Below are positions 1-23,745 of a DNA stretch of 64,000 nt, piece by piece. Under the pieces are notes generated by a model. It had not been told where the DNA came from. It was given only the letters and a program-made list of their open reading frames with translations, and made no database searches. The position numbers were made by a program, and so were the translations under genes. This DNA comes from Hormiphora californensis (taxonomy: Eukaryota; Animalia; Ctenophora): positions 2,976,001 to 3,040,000 of the forward strand of contig CM035354.1 in the NCBI GenBank assembly GCA_020137815.1, in the 5' to 3' direction. Positions within the stretch are counted from its first letter, which is position 1. Each line of letters starts with the position of its first letter.

Positions 1-675
1 ATCTACTGCTTTCATGAAATCGAATTTAGGGATTCTCTCTATCTCTCTATTTCTCTCCCTCTCTTATTCTCAGCTTACAAAATAGTAGGATATATTTAAC
101 AAAGTCATAGTTGCCAAGGAGAAAGAGTAGAAAATATCAAAGTAAGGGACAACGGGGACTGGAAAAAGTCTAGATTAATAATACGTGAGGAATATTACAG
201 AATACCAGATCTGAATGAAGGTGAGAGCATAAACAATATATTAGACCTCTAAATTTTTGAATAACAGGATATATTTGTTACCCACGCTAGCTTGAATATA
301 TAAACTGGATATATTTTAGACCCACGCTAGTTAAACGGGGTGGGTAGGAATGTAGTTAGGATTCCCAAAAGTTCTGGGACCCGGTCTATCTAGAAAATTA
401 GAATTTCAAGCGGCCGTTTGTCTACAAGCTCAAATATTTTACCATTCCCAGATTAACTTGATTATTGATAAAATATTAATAATACTAGGGACCACGGTCC
501 ACGACTAATAACTCTAATCTCGATATACCCTTCCCCCAAGTCCCAAGCTACCCACCCTCACCCCCTTCCCCTGAGCTACCCAGTCCACCTGCAGTACATC
601 CCTGATCTCACCGAAAATCCCGCCCGTCTACATCGCCCGTCTACTCGGGGGGGGGGGGGGGGGGGGTCTACTCAC

Positions 676-12653
<11,978 letters not shown>

Positions 12654-12669
12654 GGCTCTAGATATAATA

Positions 12670-12790
12670 GATATGGGGTGTTAGATATGGGCTATTGGAT
12701 ACATTAGATATGGGGTGTTAGATATGGGCTATTGGATACATTAGATATGGGGTGTTAGATATGGGCTATTGGATACATTAGATATATGGG
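12670..12790. repeat. 37-bp minisatellite, ~3 copies, directly upstream of the WDR82 start
   Basis: GATATGGGGTGTTAGATATGGGCTATTGGATACATTA repeated. Confidence 0.9.
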
Positions 12791-13117
12791 TGGATATTAT
12801 TTGTGATATAGATACAATTGAAATGATAAATAGTATATGTTGCTTGGAAGTTGATATGTACTAGTCATGTGATACTGCGTGAGTTCGATATGGGTCTTAA
12901 AATCAATTAAAGTTGATATTATGTTGTATAAAAGAGAAGATTGAGACTGCAATTTGTTCTCAATTTGATCAAATATCAACTTTAATGGGTACAATTACAG
13001 GCCACCGAATATAGATTGATTGCTTAATTTGCCAACACAGATAAAATGTTGAAAGATCGATAAAACATGTGTCCCAATTAATAAGTTAAACATTGTTAAT
13101 TTTAAAACTTCTCCAAA

Positions 13118-14080
13118 TCACTTAGTGGCACTCGATACAGTCACATTACCGTGAGAAACTGTAATACCCGGGATTTTAAAGATCTTCTTATCAAACATCA
13201 AACTTGCATCCTCGGCCGACCTTTCCGGGTGGTACTCAAGATATGCAGCGAGAACTTTTCGCTTCAGTTTTTTCACCGATATCTCCTCTTTCTTTGTAAC
13301 AATTTCCTCAATGTGACTGACCATTTTGTACTTTTTAGCCTTTCCCGGGGTCTCCGGCTCGATCCCAACGAGTCGATTCAGATTTGGTAGAACAGTACTG
13401 TTCTCCTTGTTTGGGGTTGAAATTGCTTCCCCTTCATTTGTCGTCTTCTTCTTCTTCTTCCTCTCTTTCTTGACTACTTGACCGCTGTCACCGCCCCCCA
13501 CTTCGCTGGTCGCTGGTTCTTTCTCGCGTTTTCGTTTCAATTTCTTCTTGTTTTCACTGTTCTGGGAAACATCTTCAAGAGTGGTTGACCCCTTAACCAC
13601 ATCTGAATTAGACGAATCTACTGCATCAGGGATATTCGCATTTTGTTGATTTGCTTTGCCGGCTGCATCAATGGCATCCCAATGCACTCTGTACCAGATC
13701 TTTGTTGTTCACCCTCATTGAATTTCTGATAAAGTTTAGGAATTTAGCCTGTTTTCTGGGCACATTATCATACTCCCCGATCCTAATGAGAAGCCCCTTT
13801 AGCGCTGCATTGTTACGGCAGTTCTCCGCAGCACCCCTCACGCTCTCCATCCAAGGTGTTCTGCTTCAGGGCACCCTTGTTCTCGGTGGCCTTGTAGAGG
13901 TGGCCCTGGATACCGCTCAGCCTCACTAACACATTGAGTATGCTTCCGGAACTCGGCGCCATGGAATGAAACATTACAGTCAATACATGATACTGATTTA
14001 CTGGAACAGTTGTATCCGTGTTGTTCCACTTTCTGCTTCTTGAGCGTCTCGCCGCAACCATTGCAACAGAAAAACACCAT
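13118..14080 (-). CDS. LYAR: LYAR (cell growth-regulating nucleolar protein), intronless, with three apparent +1 frameshifts
   Basis: MVFFCCNGCGETLKK...H...C...SCIDC...HTQCVSEAERY LYAR-type zinc finger, then KGALKQNTW, YDNVPRKQAKFLNF and a Lys-rich tail. Homology passes through successive frames at ~13908, ~13853 and ~13681. Confidence 0.88.
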
Positions 14081-14826
14081 AGCTAGGGAGGAAGAGGTAA
14101 CTGTCAACGTGTGTCTGGTACGTGGGTTTAAGGTTTAACTGGGGGCTGGTTTAACTGCTGTTTAAATAGAAAAAGTGAGTGAGAATCCCCCGCAATTTCT
14201 CTCTCTTTTACCCGGGGGCCCTCATACTCTAAGTTTTCTCGAGAAGGAAAGAAAGAAGGGTTAGCAAGTTAAGAGAATGATTTTAAGCGATTTTAGATAA
14301 TCGTTTAAAATCATACAGATATATTGGCACACGAATTGTAAGTGGTGGTTAGCGAGTTGTGGTATCAAAACGGTGATAGTCGTGCGAATAAAAATTATGG
14401 GAGCACTCTGGTTTAATTCCTTGGTAATTTTTTGCACAATTTTTTGTCGAAAGTTCGAAAATTCATGTTTCATTCCTACAATCATTTCTTATTCATTTAT
14501 GATGTGAGTATCCTAATTTTTCATCATTATGCTATTTTTTCCCTGTGCGGGTGATCATTTTAGCACACACACATGCTAAAAAGATCATTCAGGGTTTAGA
14601 AATCAGCATCGTGGAGGTTAAATAAGTGTCCGTCTGTCCATTGGTTACACATAGCGACAAATGTCTGCTACCCTAGCCCTATGAGGTAAGGGCGGCATAT
14701 TTAAGTATAATAAATTAACTATAAAATACTTACAATATTGATAAAAAAGTTACAAAACGACAATATTAATTATGTAGTCCCTGCACTGCGTTAAAACAAT
14801 AAGCGAAAAGATGGTACGAGAACTGT

Positions 14827-17800
14827 TCAAGTTGGTGCATTGAATAGTAGTGAGGCATTAGTTCCCCCGAATCCGAAAGAGTTAGTAAGGACTCCATCCA
14901 CAGAGGTATTAATGATCGGTGAACCAGCCACGTGGTTCAGTGGGTAGCATGGCTCCTGGAACAATACAACAGGGTTAAACACTAGACGTGCTATACGTGC
15001 TATATATTACAGCTTTAAAACTAGCTAGCTGTTTTTTAAATGACTTACAGTAACTGTAAGTTGTCGATAGTTATAACATAAAGGCCCTTTTTATTCAACT
15101 GTTCACCCTCCAACTCGTGCACGTGCGATATTTTAGTTTACGCTGTGCGCACTACACGTTAACTTGTGATAGACACACAAAACAATTCCGCACGCGACTT
15201 TGGGGGGTGAACAGTTGAAAAAAATGGAGTATACTTATTAGAGATGCTATTAATATCGCACCTTGGGAACGAGCTATCGTCATGCTATATCTTATAAGTG
15301 TATTGTAAAGAATATTATATCACCTTTAGATTGAGAGTAGGTGGTATAGCTTGGTTGATGATTGATTGCACACAGATGACTGCCTCTGCAGCACCAGCTC
15401 CTCCCAGTAAATGACCAAGGGCTCCCTTACTAGAACTGACGTAGGGTTCTGAAGAAATCCAATTAGTTTTAGACGCCCCATGATGAATTTTTAGTATAAT
15501 CGATTTGTTGCTTCACTTGATTGTAGCCGATAGAGAATCTTTTATAGCTGCTACATACACATGAGTCAAGTGAGCCAGCAAAACGCAAAAATTCTCGAGA
15601 AGCTGTAGCAGCAAATAATGAGAAGCCAAAGGTTTTCCAATGCTATTAGTAACAGCTGGGGCGGTAAGAAACAATCTTTATCTCCTCTCTCTACAAGGTG
15701 TGGCTTTGCAGTAACACTCAATGCCAACCAATATTTTAGTATAGGGAACCATGATATTGGGGTGCACCGCAATATCTTGGTTCCCATGGTAGGGGAGAGT
15801 ATAATATACCTAAATCAGTGAAGATTTGACGGATTGCAGTTGCTTCCGCGAGATCACCCAGCGGGGTGGATGTCGCGTGAGCGTTCACGTAGCTCACTCG
15901 CTCTCCTATAAAACCAGACAAAGCCCCTATAAAGAGGGAGAGAGGTAGTTGCTTACTTTGTAAACTCGAAAACCACATGAGTCGTTTTGTTGAATTTTGA
16001 TATTGATATTTTCTGCCTATTAGGGAAAGTACCTATATACATAGTTATCTGTCTTAGTTTGCTGCCCCTGGAATCAGTACAGGGTGTTCATATGGGATCT
16101 TTACAAGCGTTGGGCTTCACCCAGAAAAAAGTTGACAAAATTAGCTTATGAAACTTCATACTTAGACTATTCTTTACCCTCATTCAAGGTTCCTGGTGTT
16201 TCCGGAGCTCTACTACCCCTAGAAGTGTGTTTTTGGCATCACAACCACCAGAAGGAATTTTTTGCTGATGCTGAGACTTTGATAGAATGTTTTTTGGGTA
16301 TTTTCTATGTCAATTCCAAAGTTTCATAATGATTGGATGTGTGGTTCAATCACCAAGGTCAAAATAAACTGGCTGGAAAGGCCCAAAAACAGCTCAAAAA
16401 CGGCAAAAATTGATATTTTAGAGACTTTCCAGGCACTTTTTTCGAAATTTTGAGTTCATAAAACACATCCAATCATCATGAAACTTTGGAATTGACATAG
16501 AAAATACCCAAAAAACATTCTAGCAAAGTCTCAGCATCAGCAAAAAATTCCTTCTGGTGGTTGTGATGCCAAAAACACACTTCCAGGAGTAGTAGAGCTC
16601 CGGAAACACCAGGAACCTTGAATGAGGGTATAGAATAGTCCAAGTATGAAGTTTCATGAGCTAAATTTGTCGACTTTTTTCTGGGTGAAGCCCAACGCTT
16701 GTAAAGATCCCATATGAACACCCTGTATATAAACAGCTCAGTTTTTTAGTATACCTCTCATTGCAAGAAGTGCACCCAGCCCTCCGGGATGGGGTGCTGT
16801 GATGTGGTGAGCATCCGCACTCATCCCATATCCCGCCACCTCCGCCAGGATCTCTGCTCCTCTTGCCCTCGCATGGTTTTCCTCCTCAAGCACCAGTACA
16901 CCCGCCCCCTCACTCATCACAAACCCACTACGAGTCTCGTCAAATGGTCTACTGGCTGCGTCGGGAGAATCGTTGCTGTCCGTACATAATGCTTTAGCCT
17001 GGGACATTAGAGGGTTGTGAATATATCGAGTTGCTTTCTGGTGTTATACAGTGGCTTGTAATTAGGATAGTGGATACTAATTACACTTGAACTGGTCAAT
17101 ATTTTTATTTAGGCTCCCAAATGTCGATGTCGATATGTTGTATTATAATTAATCTCGCTGCGAAAATTGTCACTTTAGTTTCTAGAATGCTAGAGAGAGG
17201 TCTTAGAGGTGGGCCTATCTAGTTAATCAATTGCAACTTTTGAAGCCAAAGAACTGCATCCAATTTCATCTTTGTCGACCGTTGCATGCCGTTGTTTGAT
17301 TATGATATGTATATTACCCCAGTCGCGTGAGCAGTGAGCACCCTATCGGGTGACTTCGTAACCAAGGCCTGATAATTATAACACTGTTAGACTGACGAAA
17401 TTTAGTCGATTTAGGGTACCCCCAACTCCCAAGGACGCAACCAGTAAGGGTGGACCCCTAACTCGTAATTTTTTAGGGGGGTGGGTACCTATATAGTGGG
17501 TCTCTTACCAATAAGTAAGCATTTTGGCATGGCGTCCAACCAATATGGTCAAGACCCCCCCCCCCCCCCCCCGGCCCCGGTTAGACTGACCGCTCAATCA
17601 TGCAATGAGTTCTACCACGAGCTTCATTCTGTCGTACGAGGTCGAGCATATATTGGGTTAGCTTATTAATAAGGAGATCTCACAGCATATTCCGAACCAT
17701 GTAGTCAGACATGGAGAATGAGTTTTTTTATTTTGCATGATTAAGGAGAAATCCGAAATATTGTATAGAAAACTCGTTCTCAATGTCTGACTATATGGTT

Positions 17801-20800
17801 CGGAATATGCCGCGAGACTCTAACCGATCTCCTTATCTTACTGCTTTTGTGTTTCAAATAATTCATATCGGTTGGCAGTTAACAGTTCCTAGTAAAAAAA
17901 GTACCTGTATTCTGAAACCATTAAATATTGAGTCAAACCTCAATTAACCGGAAATGAGTGAGAAGAAAATCTCCGAGGAATCCGGTAAATCGAGGTTTGA
18001 CTGAGGTATGTTGTACCTGTAAAAACCCACTGATAGCAAGGGGATGTAAACATGCCTCCCCGCTTCCCGCTATCACCACATCAGCCATCCCTAACCGCAC
18101 CAGGTTAAATGCATCGCCAATACTATGGGCACCTGAGAGAGAGAGGGGGAGAGAGACAGATTCAAAATAAAATGAATATATTGAATTTATTAATGAATAA
18201 ATGCATAATATACTTTCGAACGTTGGCTCAAATTTTGGGGGGGGGAGATTGGTGTTAGCATTATATCAGATCGCGTTCCCCTCTATCTATGTCATGTAAA
18301 AGAAATTTCACACATTTAGGAAACGAGAAGGGAGATAGAAGGAGAGAGAAAGAGAGAGAGAAAAGAGAGAGTTTGGAATGAGAGAGAGTGTTGAGAGGTA
18401 TTTTTCGATTTGATCTGAAATGGAGTATCTGAGTTTTGTAGAGTGCGAGAGTAGGAGATGATGGTGTGTTGCGGATTGGGAGAGTAACAAGGTGTAGAGG
18501 GACTGGGGTAGATTTTAGGGAGAGTGGTGAGATTTCGGGTGGTTCGTCTCGTTCCCTACAAGTGCGGTCTGGGGGGTTAAACCCATGTTCGGATGGGATT
18601 TCCACCTTACGGCCCTGGGGATTGGTGTCTGGTGGCGCCTCCACTGGCTAAGGCAGGGCCCGGATTCTGAGGAGGCAGAGGGGCGACCGAGGGGGGTTTG
18701 AGAGATGAGATGAGCGATGTTTTATCAGATGGGAAAGATAGAAGCATAGGAGGGGTAATGGAGAGGCGGAGAGAAGAGAATGCCGAGGGCAGGGAGTGAG
18801 AGAGTCGTAGAGGGATTGAGCGGGGGAACGGTGCATGGTTAGGACCGGGATAAGCCTATACTGAGCCCTAACCTGACTGTCGATATACTCTGTCTCAGAC
18901 CAAGAAATTTTTAAGTTTAATATTACTACACAGTTATTTTAGGGACGGAAGATGAAGAAACGCAAGAGAAAAGAGCGTTAATTAATCCCGCTAGTCGCAG
19001 GGAAGATAACAGGATGAACGTAACAATTAATGTAAGTTAACTATCCCTTGGGTATTGGGAGGATTGGACGGCAACGCGAAGACAGGGCTCAGGCTAACAA
19101 CGTATTTCTGTTAACAACTCTGTATTTAATCGCATTAATGTTCTTAATTATCAACGACTTTCATACCCTTCACAATAATCGGCTTATACCGGCATTTTGG
19201 TTAGCACTATTATATCACTCTCTATATACAACAGTTTGATTGGTCAAACTATAGCAGTTTCTCAGCAGGTATGCTTATTAATCAGGGCTCTTGAAGGGGC
19301 GTGCTGAATTGTTCGAGACAGTAGTATACAAACAGGAATGGTGGTGATTAATGATCATTCTTCGAAAACATCATATTTTGTTTTATATGACCATGATATA
19401 TATCCAGATTGTATTGCAATTCACTACCGACTTATCGTGTCAACCCAACGTACCATTTTTTATATCTAGCTATTCCATTTTCTCAGAGCTAGTAAAGCTG
19501 TATACCCCTAGTATGTATTTGCCATATTCAACCCTCTCTCTGCACCAAGGGGGCAAGAATTGTTTTGTTCAAACCCTTTTTAATTTTCAAAAAGGCCCTG
19601 TTTCCCGGGCCAGGCACGCAGAAACAGGGTCGAGCAAGTCAAGGTTAGAGGGTTAGATTATAACAAACTATTCTAGCTCAGCTAATTACTGGTTTCCTAA
19701 AACAACATTGATTTCTGAAATTTTCTAGTATATAATGCAGTTGCATCCCGATTTACCGGGCAAAACCCTTTCCCCCGAACATCCCGGTAAAACGGGGTCC
19801 GACTGTATCTTTACCTGGGAACGAAGAAGGGACTAACCCTTCGGTGCCCTCTCTTTCCAGTTTCCTCAGTACTGCGAGCTACTCCTACCTGAGAGAGAGA
19901 TAGAGAGAGAGGGAGAGAGAGAGAGACACATTGCAATCTGTTAAAGAGACCTAGTTATAAACAGCTGTCATCTCTATGAAGAATTTGATTACCGATAAAT
20001 ATAAGTGGTTAAAATGACTTAATCGGGAGATGAATCATCCCGGTTGATGTGTCAGATTCGTTAAACTATCATCGCATAGAGAAGGTACTTGCTCGCTTGC
20101 CTGGGGCACCTATTGGTGATTTCAGTAGTCAATGAATTAAGTGCTCTCTCTCTCTCTCTCTCTCTCTTTAAATTTACGAAAATAATTTTTCTTCTTCAGA
20201 GTTAAAGATGACATAATTCTTAAACTATTAACCCTCCTCCCCTGCAGCAGCGCCAACCCAATGTCGTCTCAAGCGGATCAATACGCAGGGGAGAAAATGT
20301 TCCAACAATACTTCTTCGGTACCCTGTCCCTAACCTGTGCGCTGGTAGGCACCACTGTCGCAGTCCTTGGACTCACCTCATTCTCTGCGACCCACCGCAA
20401 CGTGGGAAGCAGGCTAATGTACAAACTGATACTCGCTACAGACGGAACCATCTGCCTTATGATGATCCCGGTTTGTGTGTCAAACTACAGCAAGTGGGCA
20501 CCAGGGCTCTACCAGTATCCGTTCTTCTGCCAGACGTGGAGTTTCATGTGGGGCTGCATGACGCGGATGTCAGTGTTTCTGATCATGCTCCTAAACATCA
20601 TCAGGACCTGCTCACTGATCAAGCCCCTACGACACACAAACACCTGTTGGATCATTTGCCCCACACTGATATACCTGACCTTCCTGGCAGCGCAGTCCGC
20701 CCTACCTCTTTTCATGGGAGTCGAGGTGTCCTTCATGAGAGTGTTTCAGTGTTGTGCTTGGGAACAAGCCATCTTTTTTAGTAAGCTCTCATATTTATCC

Positions 20801-22458
20801 CAGTGTATTTACTACACCCTGGCCTATGTTGTGGAGTTTGTGTTTCCCCTCTTCCCGATCGTTGTCAGTGCCAGTCTGTCCATCTACAAGTTGAAATACT
20901 CTAGAGACGCACAGGACGGTACGGATGAGACGAAGAAGTATAAAACCCAGGCGACCATGATGATCCTAACCCTCACCGGGGTCTACTTGGCCTTCAACTT
21001 TCCATACTGTGTCATCATTACACTGGACGCTGTTGAATACTTCACAAAGGGACAGTTCTCATGGTCAAGGGGTATGCGAATGCCGGATGTGACGCTGGTC
21101 TACAACTTCATTTACATCCACACGATCGCTCTGAACTCTCTAGTAAACTCTCTGATCTATGTCTACAAGATGGGCGTTGTCCATGGAATCAAGTGTATCG
21201 GGGTGCGATGCCGGAAGACGGCACATAAAGCAACACGGAGACAGAGCTCACGACAAAGAGCCATCCTCGTACCGTGTGGTACTGCAAACACTGAAGTTTA
21301 GCCATCAAGGATGTTTTATGTGTATGTGTGTGTGGGGATGGATCTATAGCAGGAACCGACCGAATCTGTAAATACTGGTCCCTGATTGGCTGATAACCAG
21401 TCACGTGACCTAAATAACGAGTTCCGATTGGTTGTTTACTTGTTTCGGTCGGTTCCTGATCTATAGAGTATTCCCCAGGGAAGGATCTTTAGAACTTACA
21501 ATGGCTTGAAGGTCATTATAAATTGTATGGCCGTCCCTACTGGTTAGGGTTTTATTGTATTTAGAGGGCCATACAGGGCAAGGCAAGGACTTGTTTACAT
21601 GGATTTTGGGATAGGGTTGATACTACGTCGATAATTGATAAAGGATAAGGGATGATGCATGTATAATTATTATATGCTGCAAGCTGTCAGTGTTTGTAAT
21701 AAATATTACCATTTCTTAAACTATTTACTGTGTATTACTAATCCCATACTGCATTGACCCTCTCCCCCCTCCAGGGATATAAATTGTAAATTGTACAAAT
21801 GTAAAGGAAGGTTAGAACAAAATTCCATGGTTGAGGAAGTGCCTTGTTTTGTTCGGACCGGGACGCAGGGAAACAGGGTCGAGAAAAGCAACCATGGTAC
21901 CTACCGTTTCCATGAACCCTGCCAGGGTACTTCCAAAGCAAACACCGGCACGGGTCCGATCCAGGTCCTCAAAGTCCAACTTGGCGTGTCGGATGGCTTC
22001 ATTGACGGCGGTGATTGCAAATAGAGTTGTCCTGTTGGCTGTCCGTTTTTCGTTGGCATTGAGTGGTGAGTTTTCCAGCAGCTCATCGCTAACCTGGCCC
22101 GCTACACGAACAGGCAGGTTATCACAACCTGTAGAAATAACATGTGTTAACCACAGGATGGTTGCAATAAAATGCAAGGTTTATATTGACATCTTATTGA
22201 CATTTATATTTCATATGTGTGACAACTTTGTATTGTTCATGCGGTGCAACAGCACAATGACAACTGACAAGTCCCATACATTCACGTGCATTCTTTAATA
22301 TCTTAGTGCATTCTTTAATATCTTAGTTGCACTATACCAGGTACGTTGAGCTCGGTTATTCCGCATTTTCCTTCCATCAACGACGCCCACGTTTCTGTAG
22401 CTGTGAGACCAAGAGGAGTAACGGATCCGAGTCCCGTTACTACAACACGTTTCAGCAT
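14827..22458 (-). CDS. OXSM: 3-oxoacyl-ACP synthase, mitochondrial (FabF/KASII type)
   Basis: Exons 22458-22338, 22128-21905, 19888-19815, a garbled exon ~18890-18790, 18132-18017, 16998-16755, 15926-15810, 15448-15324, 14955-14827. Motifs [70 protein letters not shown]. Confidence 0.92.
16080..16725. mobile_element. Tc1/mariner-type MITE with ~260-bp terminal inverted arms, in an OXSM intron
   Basis: TA|CAGGGTGTTCATATGGGATC ... GATCCCATATGAACACCCTG|TA; produces the mirror ORFs 16084-16329(+) and 16476-16721(-). Confidence 0.9.
17677..17817. mobile_element. Hairpin MITE
   Basis: GCATATTCCGAACCATGTAGTCAGACAT pairs with ATGTCTGACTATATGGTTCGGAATATGC. Confidence 0.7.
19738..19805. mobile_element. 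Short copy of the CAGTCGGACCCCGATTTACCGGG MITE family
   Basis: Shares termini and core with full copies at 55348-55507 and 60679-60819; partial copies near 6330-6420 and 57340-57383. Confidence 0.7.
20261..21301 (+). CDS. Single-exon divergent rhodopsin-class GPCR (346 aa), nested antisense in OXSM intron 2
   Basis: Uninterrupted ORF with seven hydrophobic segments, TM2 LILATDG, TM3 Cys, IIRT in place of DRY, TM5 FVFP, TM6 FNFPY, TM7 NSLVNSLIY. Confidence 0.88.
   Translation: MSSQADQYAGEKMFQQYFFGTLSLTCALVGTTVAVLGLTSFSATHRNVGSRLMYKLILATDGTICLMMIPVCVSNYSKWAPGLYQYPFFCQTWSFMWGCMTRMSVFLIMLLNIIRTCSLIKPLRHTNTCWIICPTLIYLTFLAAQSALPLFMGVEVSFMRVFQCCAWEQAIFFSKLSYLSQCIYYTLAYVVEFVFPLFPIVVSASLSIYKLKYSRDAQDGTDETKKYKTQATMMILTLTGVYLAFNFPYCVIITLDAVEYFTKGQFSWSRGMRMPDVTLVYNFIYIHTIALNSLVNSLIYVYKMGVVHGIKCIGVRCRKTAHKATRRQSSRQRAILVPCGTANTEV
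21350..21458. mobile_element. hAT-like MITE, TIR CAGGAACCGACCGAA
   Basis: Perfect 8-bp TSD ATCTATAG on both sides; near-identical to 3842-3951. Confidence 0.9.
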
Positions 22459-22860
22459 GAGCAGCTATTATATGTTCATGATCTGTATACGTTGTAATTA
22501 CTAGACAGCTTATTTAGATGGTAAACAAACCATAAACACCACAGGAACCATGGGGCTAGTAATGACGGCCCTCGGTGTGACTAGTACGGATCGAAATATT
22601 TCTCCCAGTCTTTCCCGTGTACACTCAAATCAGTGTAGTAACTTCGAGGTGTGCTTATTTAACTTGGCCAGTATGATCAAACACACAGTTATTTTTACAA
22701 AGGAAATAAAACCCGGATGAATATCATCAGTACTTTAAAATTCGTTTAAAATGAAAACTCTCGTGATCTACCCACTGGGAAGTAATCAGCGATCTAATTT
22801 TCTTACTCTGAACACTTGACAGGTGCAAAGAGCAAGAATTCTCGGTAAAATTATAGAATT

Positions 22861-23640
22861 CTAAGAACCCTTGACAGATATGTCAGAAAAAGCGTCTCTA
22901 CAAGCATCTCTGTATTGCTGGGCAGCCTTAGCAAAGTTCTCAGCTCGATAAATGCCCCTACCCACAATTACAACATCGGCACCCTTCTTGATCGCACTCT
23001 CAGGAGAGACATATTGCTGACCGAGGTTATCTCCTGACGAGCTGATATGAACACCGGGCACAAAGTTGAGAAACTCCCTGTTCTCCGTTACCCTCTCAGT
23101 ACAAATAAACCCGGATACAAACCCGCTGTTAGTCACAGCCATCTCTACCGCGGTTTTTGTGTACTCAGGAGTACAGAGGTTTCCTGCTGCACTCATCTGG
23201 GCGATCATAATTAGGGATTGTCCCTGTGCTACGCTTTTCAGTCCCGAGATAATACCCGGTCCCACGACGGCGTGGGCGTTTATAAAGTCCGCCCAGGTGC
23301 TAATTCTGTGGACTCCACCACTGAATTGCTTCTGCACGGTGCTTCCAAGATCTGCAAACTTTCTATCTTCAAATATCGCAAAATCATGCTTCGCTGCCAA
23401 GGCTTTGAGTTGAGTGATTAGCTCCGCTGTAAAATCGACAATAATGTCAATATGGGTCTTGACCATACACACAAAAGGCCCAACTTCATCTACTAAATGC
23501 AGGAGTTCAGCTGACGTTGAAACATCAGCAGACACACACAGGTTGGTTTCTTTTCGCTGGATAATCTTTAACAAATCCTGAGCTTTAGGGCATTTAACAA
23601 ACTCTTCTTTTGCTGCAAAAACGTCCGTTATTCTTGCCAT
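22861..23640 (-). CDS. Orotidine-5'-phosphate decarboxylase (C-terminal domain of UMP synthase), single exon, no OPRT domain seen
   Basis: KETNLCVSADV, KTHID, catalytic FEDRKFADLG, GDNLGQQY, VIVGRGIY; first ATG at 23640 preceded by TTTTCTAG. Confidence 0.93.
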   Translation of the reverse strand: MARITDVFAAKEEFVKCPKAQDLLKIIQRKETNLCVSADVSTSAELLHLVDEVGPFVCMVKTHIDIIVDFTAELITQLKALAAKHDFAIFEDRKFADLGSTVQKQFSGGVHRISTWADFINAHAVVGPGIISGLKSVAQGQSLIMIAQMSAAGNLCTPEYTKTAVEMAVTNSGFVSGFICTERVTENREFLNFVPGVHISSSGDNLGQQYVSPESAIKKGADVVIVGRGIYRAENFAKAAQQYRDACRDAFSDISVKGS

Positions 23641-23745
23641 GATAACGCTAGAAAATTGTGATAAGTTAAATGCTATTTTCAAACTGCCAATTTCAAACTA
23701 TTTGACCATCCACGGTTTTTGAAAATAGAACCGTTTGTTTTCAAG

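Noticed and set aside
12670-12790. Regular 37-bp repeats (and 32-bp repeats at 62466-62540) as a CRISPR-like array
   Set aside because: Head-to-tail repeats without unique spacers, no cas genes, eukaryotic context
16084-16721. Two near-identical 81-aa ORFs on opposite strands
   Set aside because: Mirror images produced by the arms of one MITE
22861-23640. Bacterial horizontal transfer or contamination for the intronless OMP decarboxylase
   Set aside because: Motifs resemble eukaryotic UMPS/URA3 enzymes rather than bacterial PyrF, and the gene is embedded among spliced animal genes
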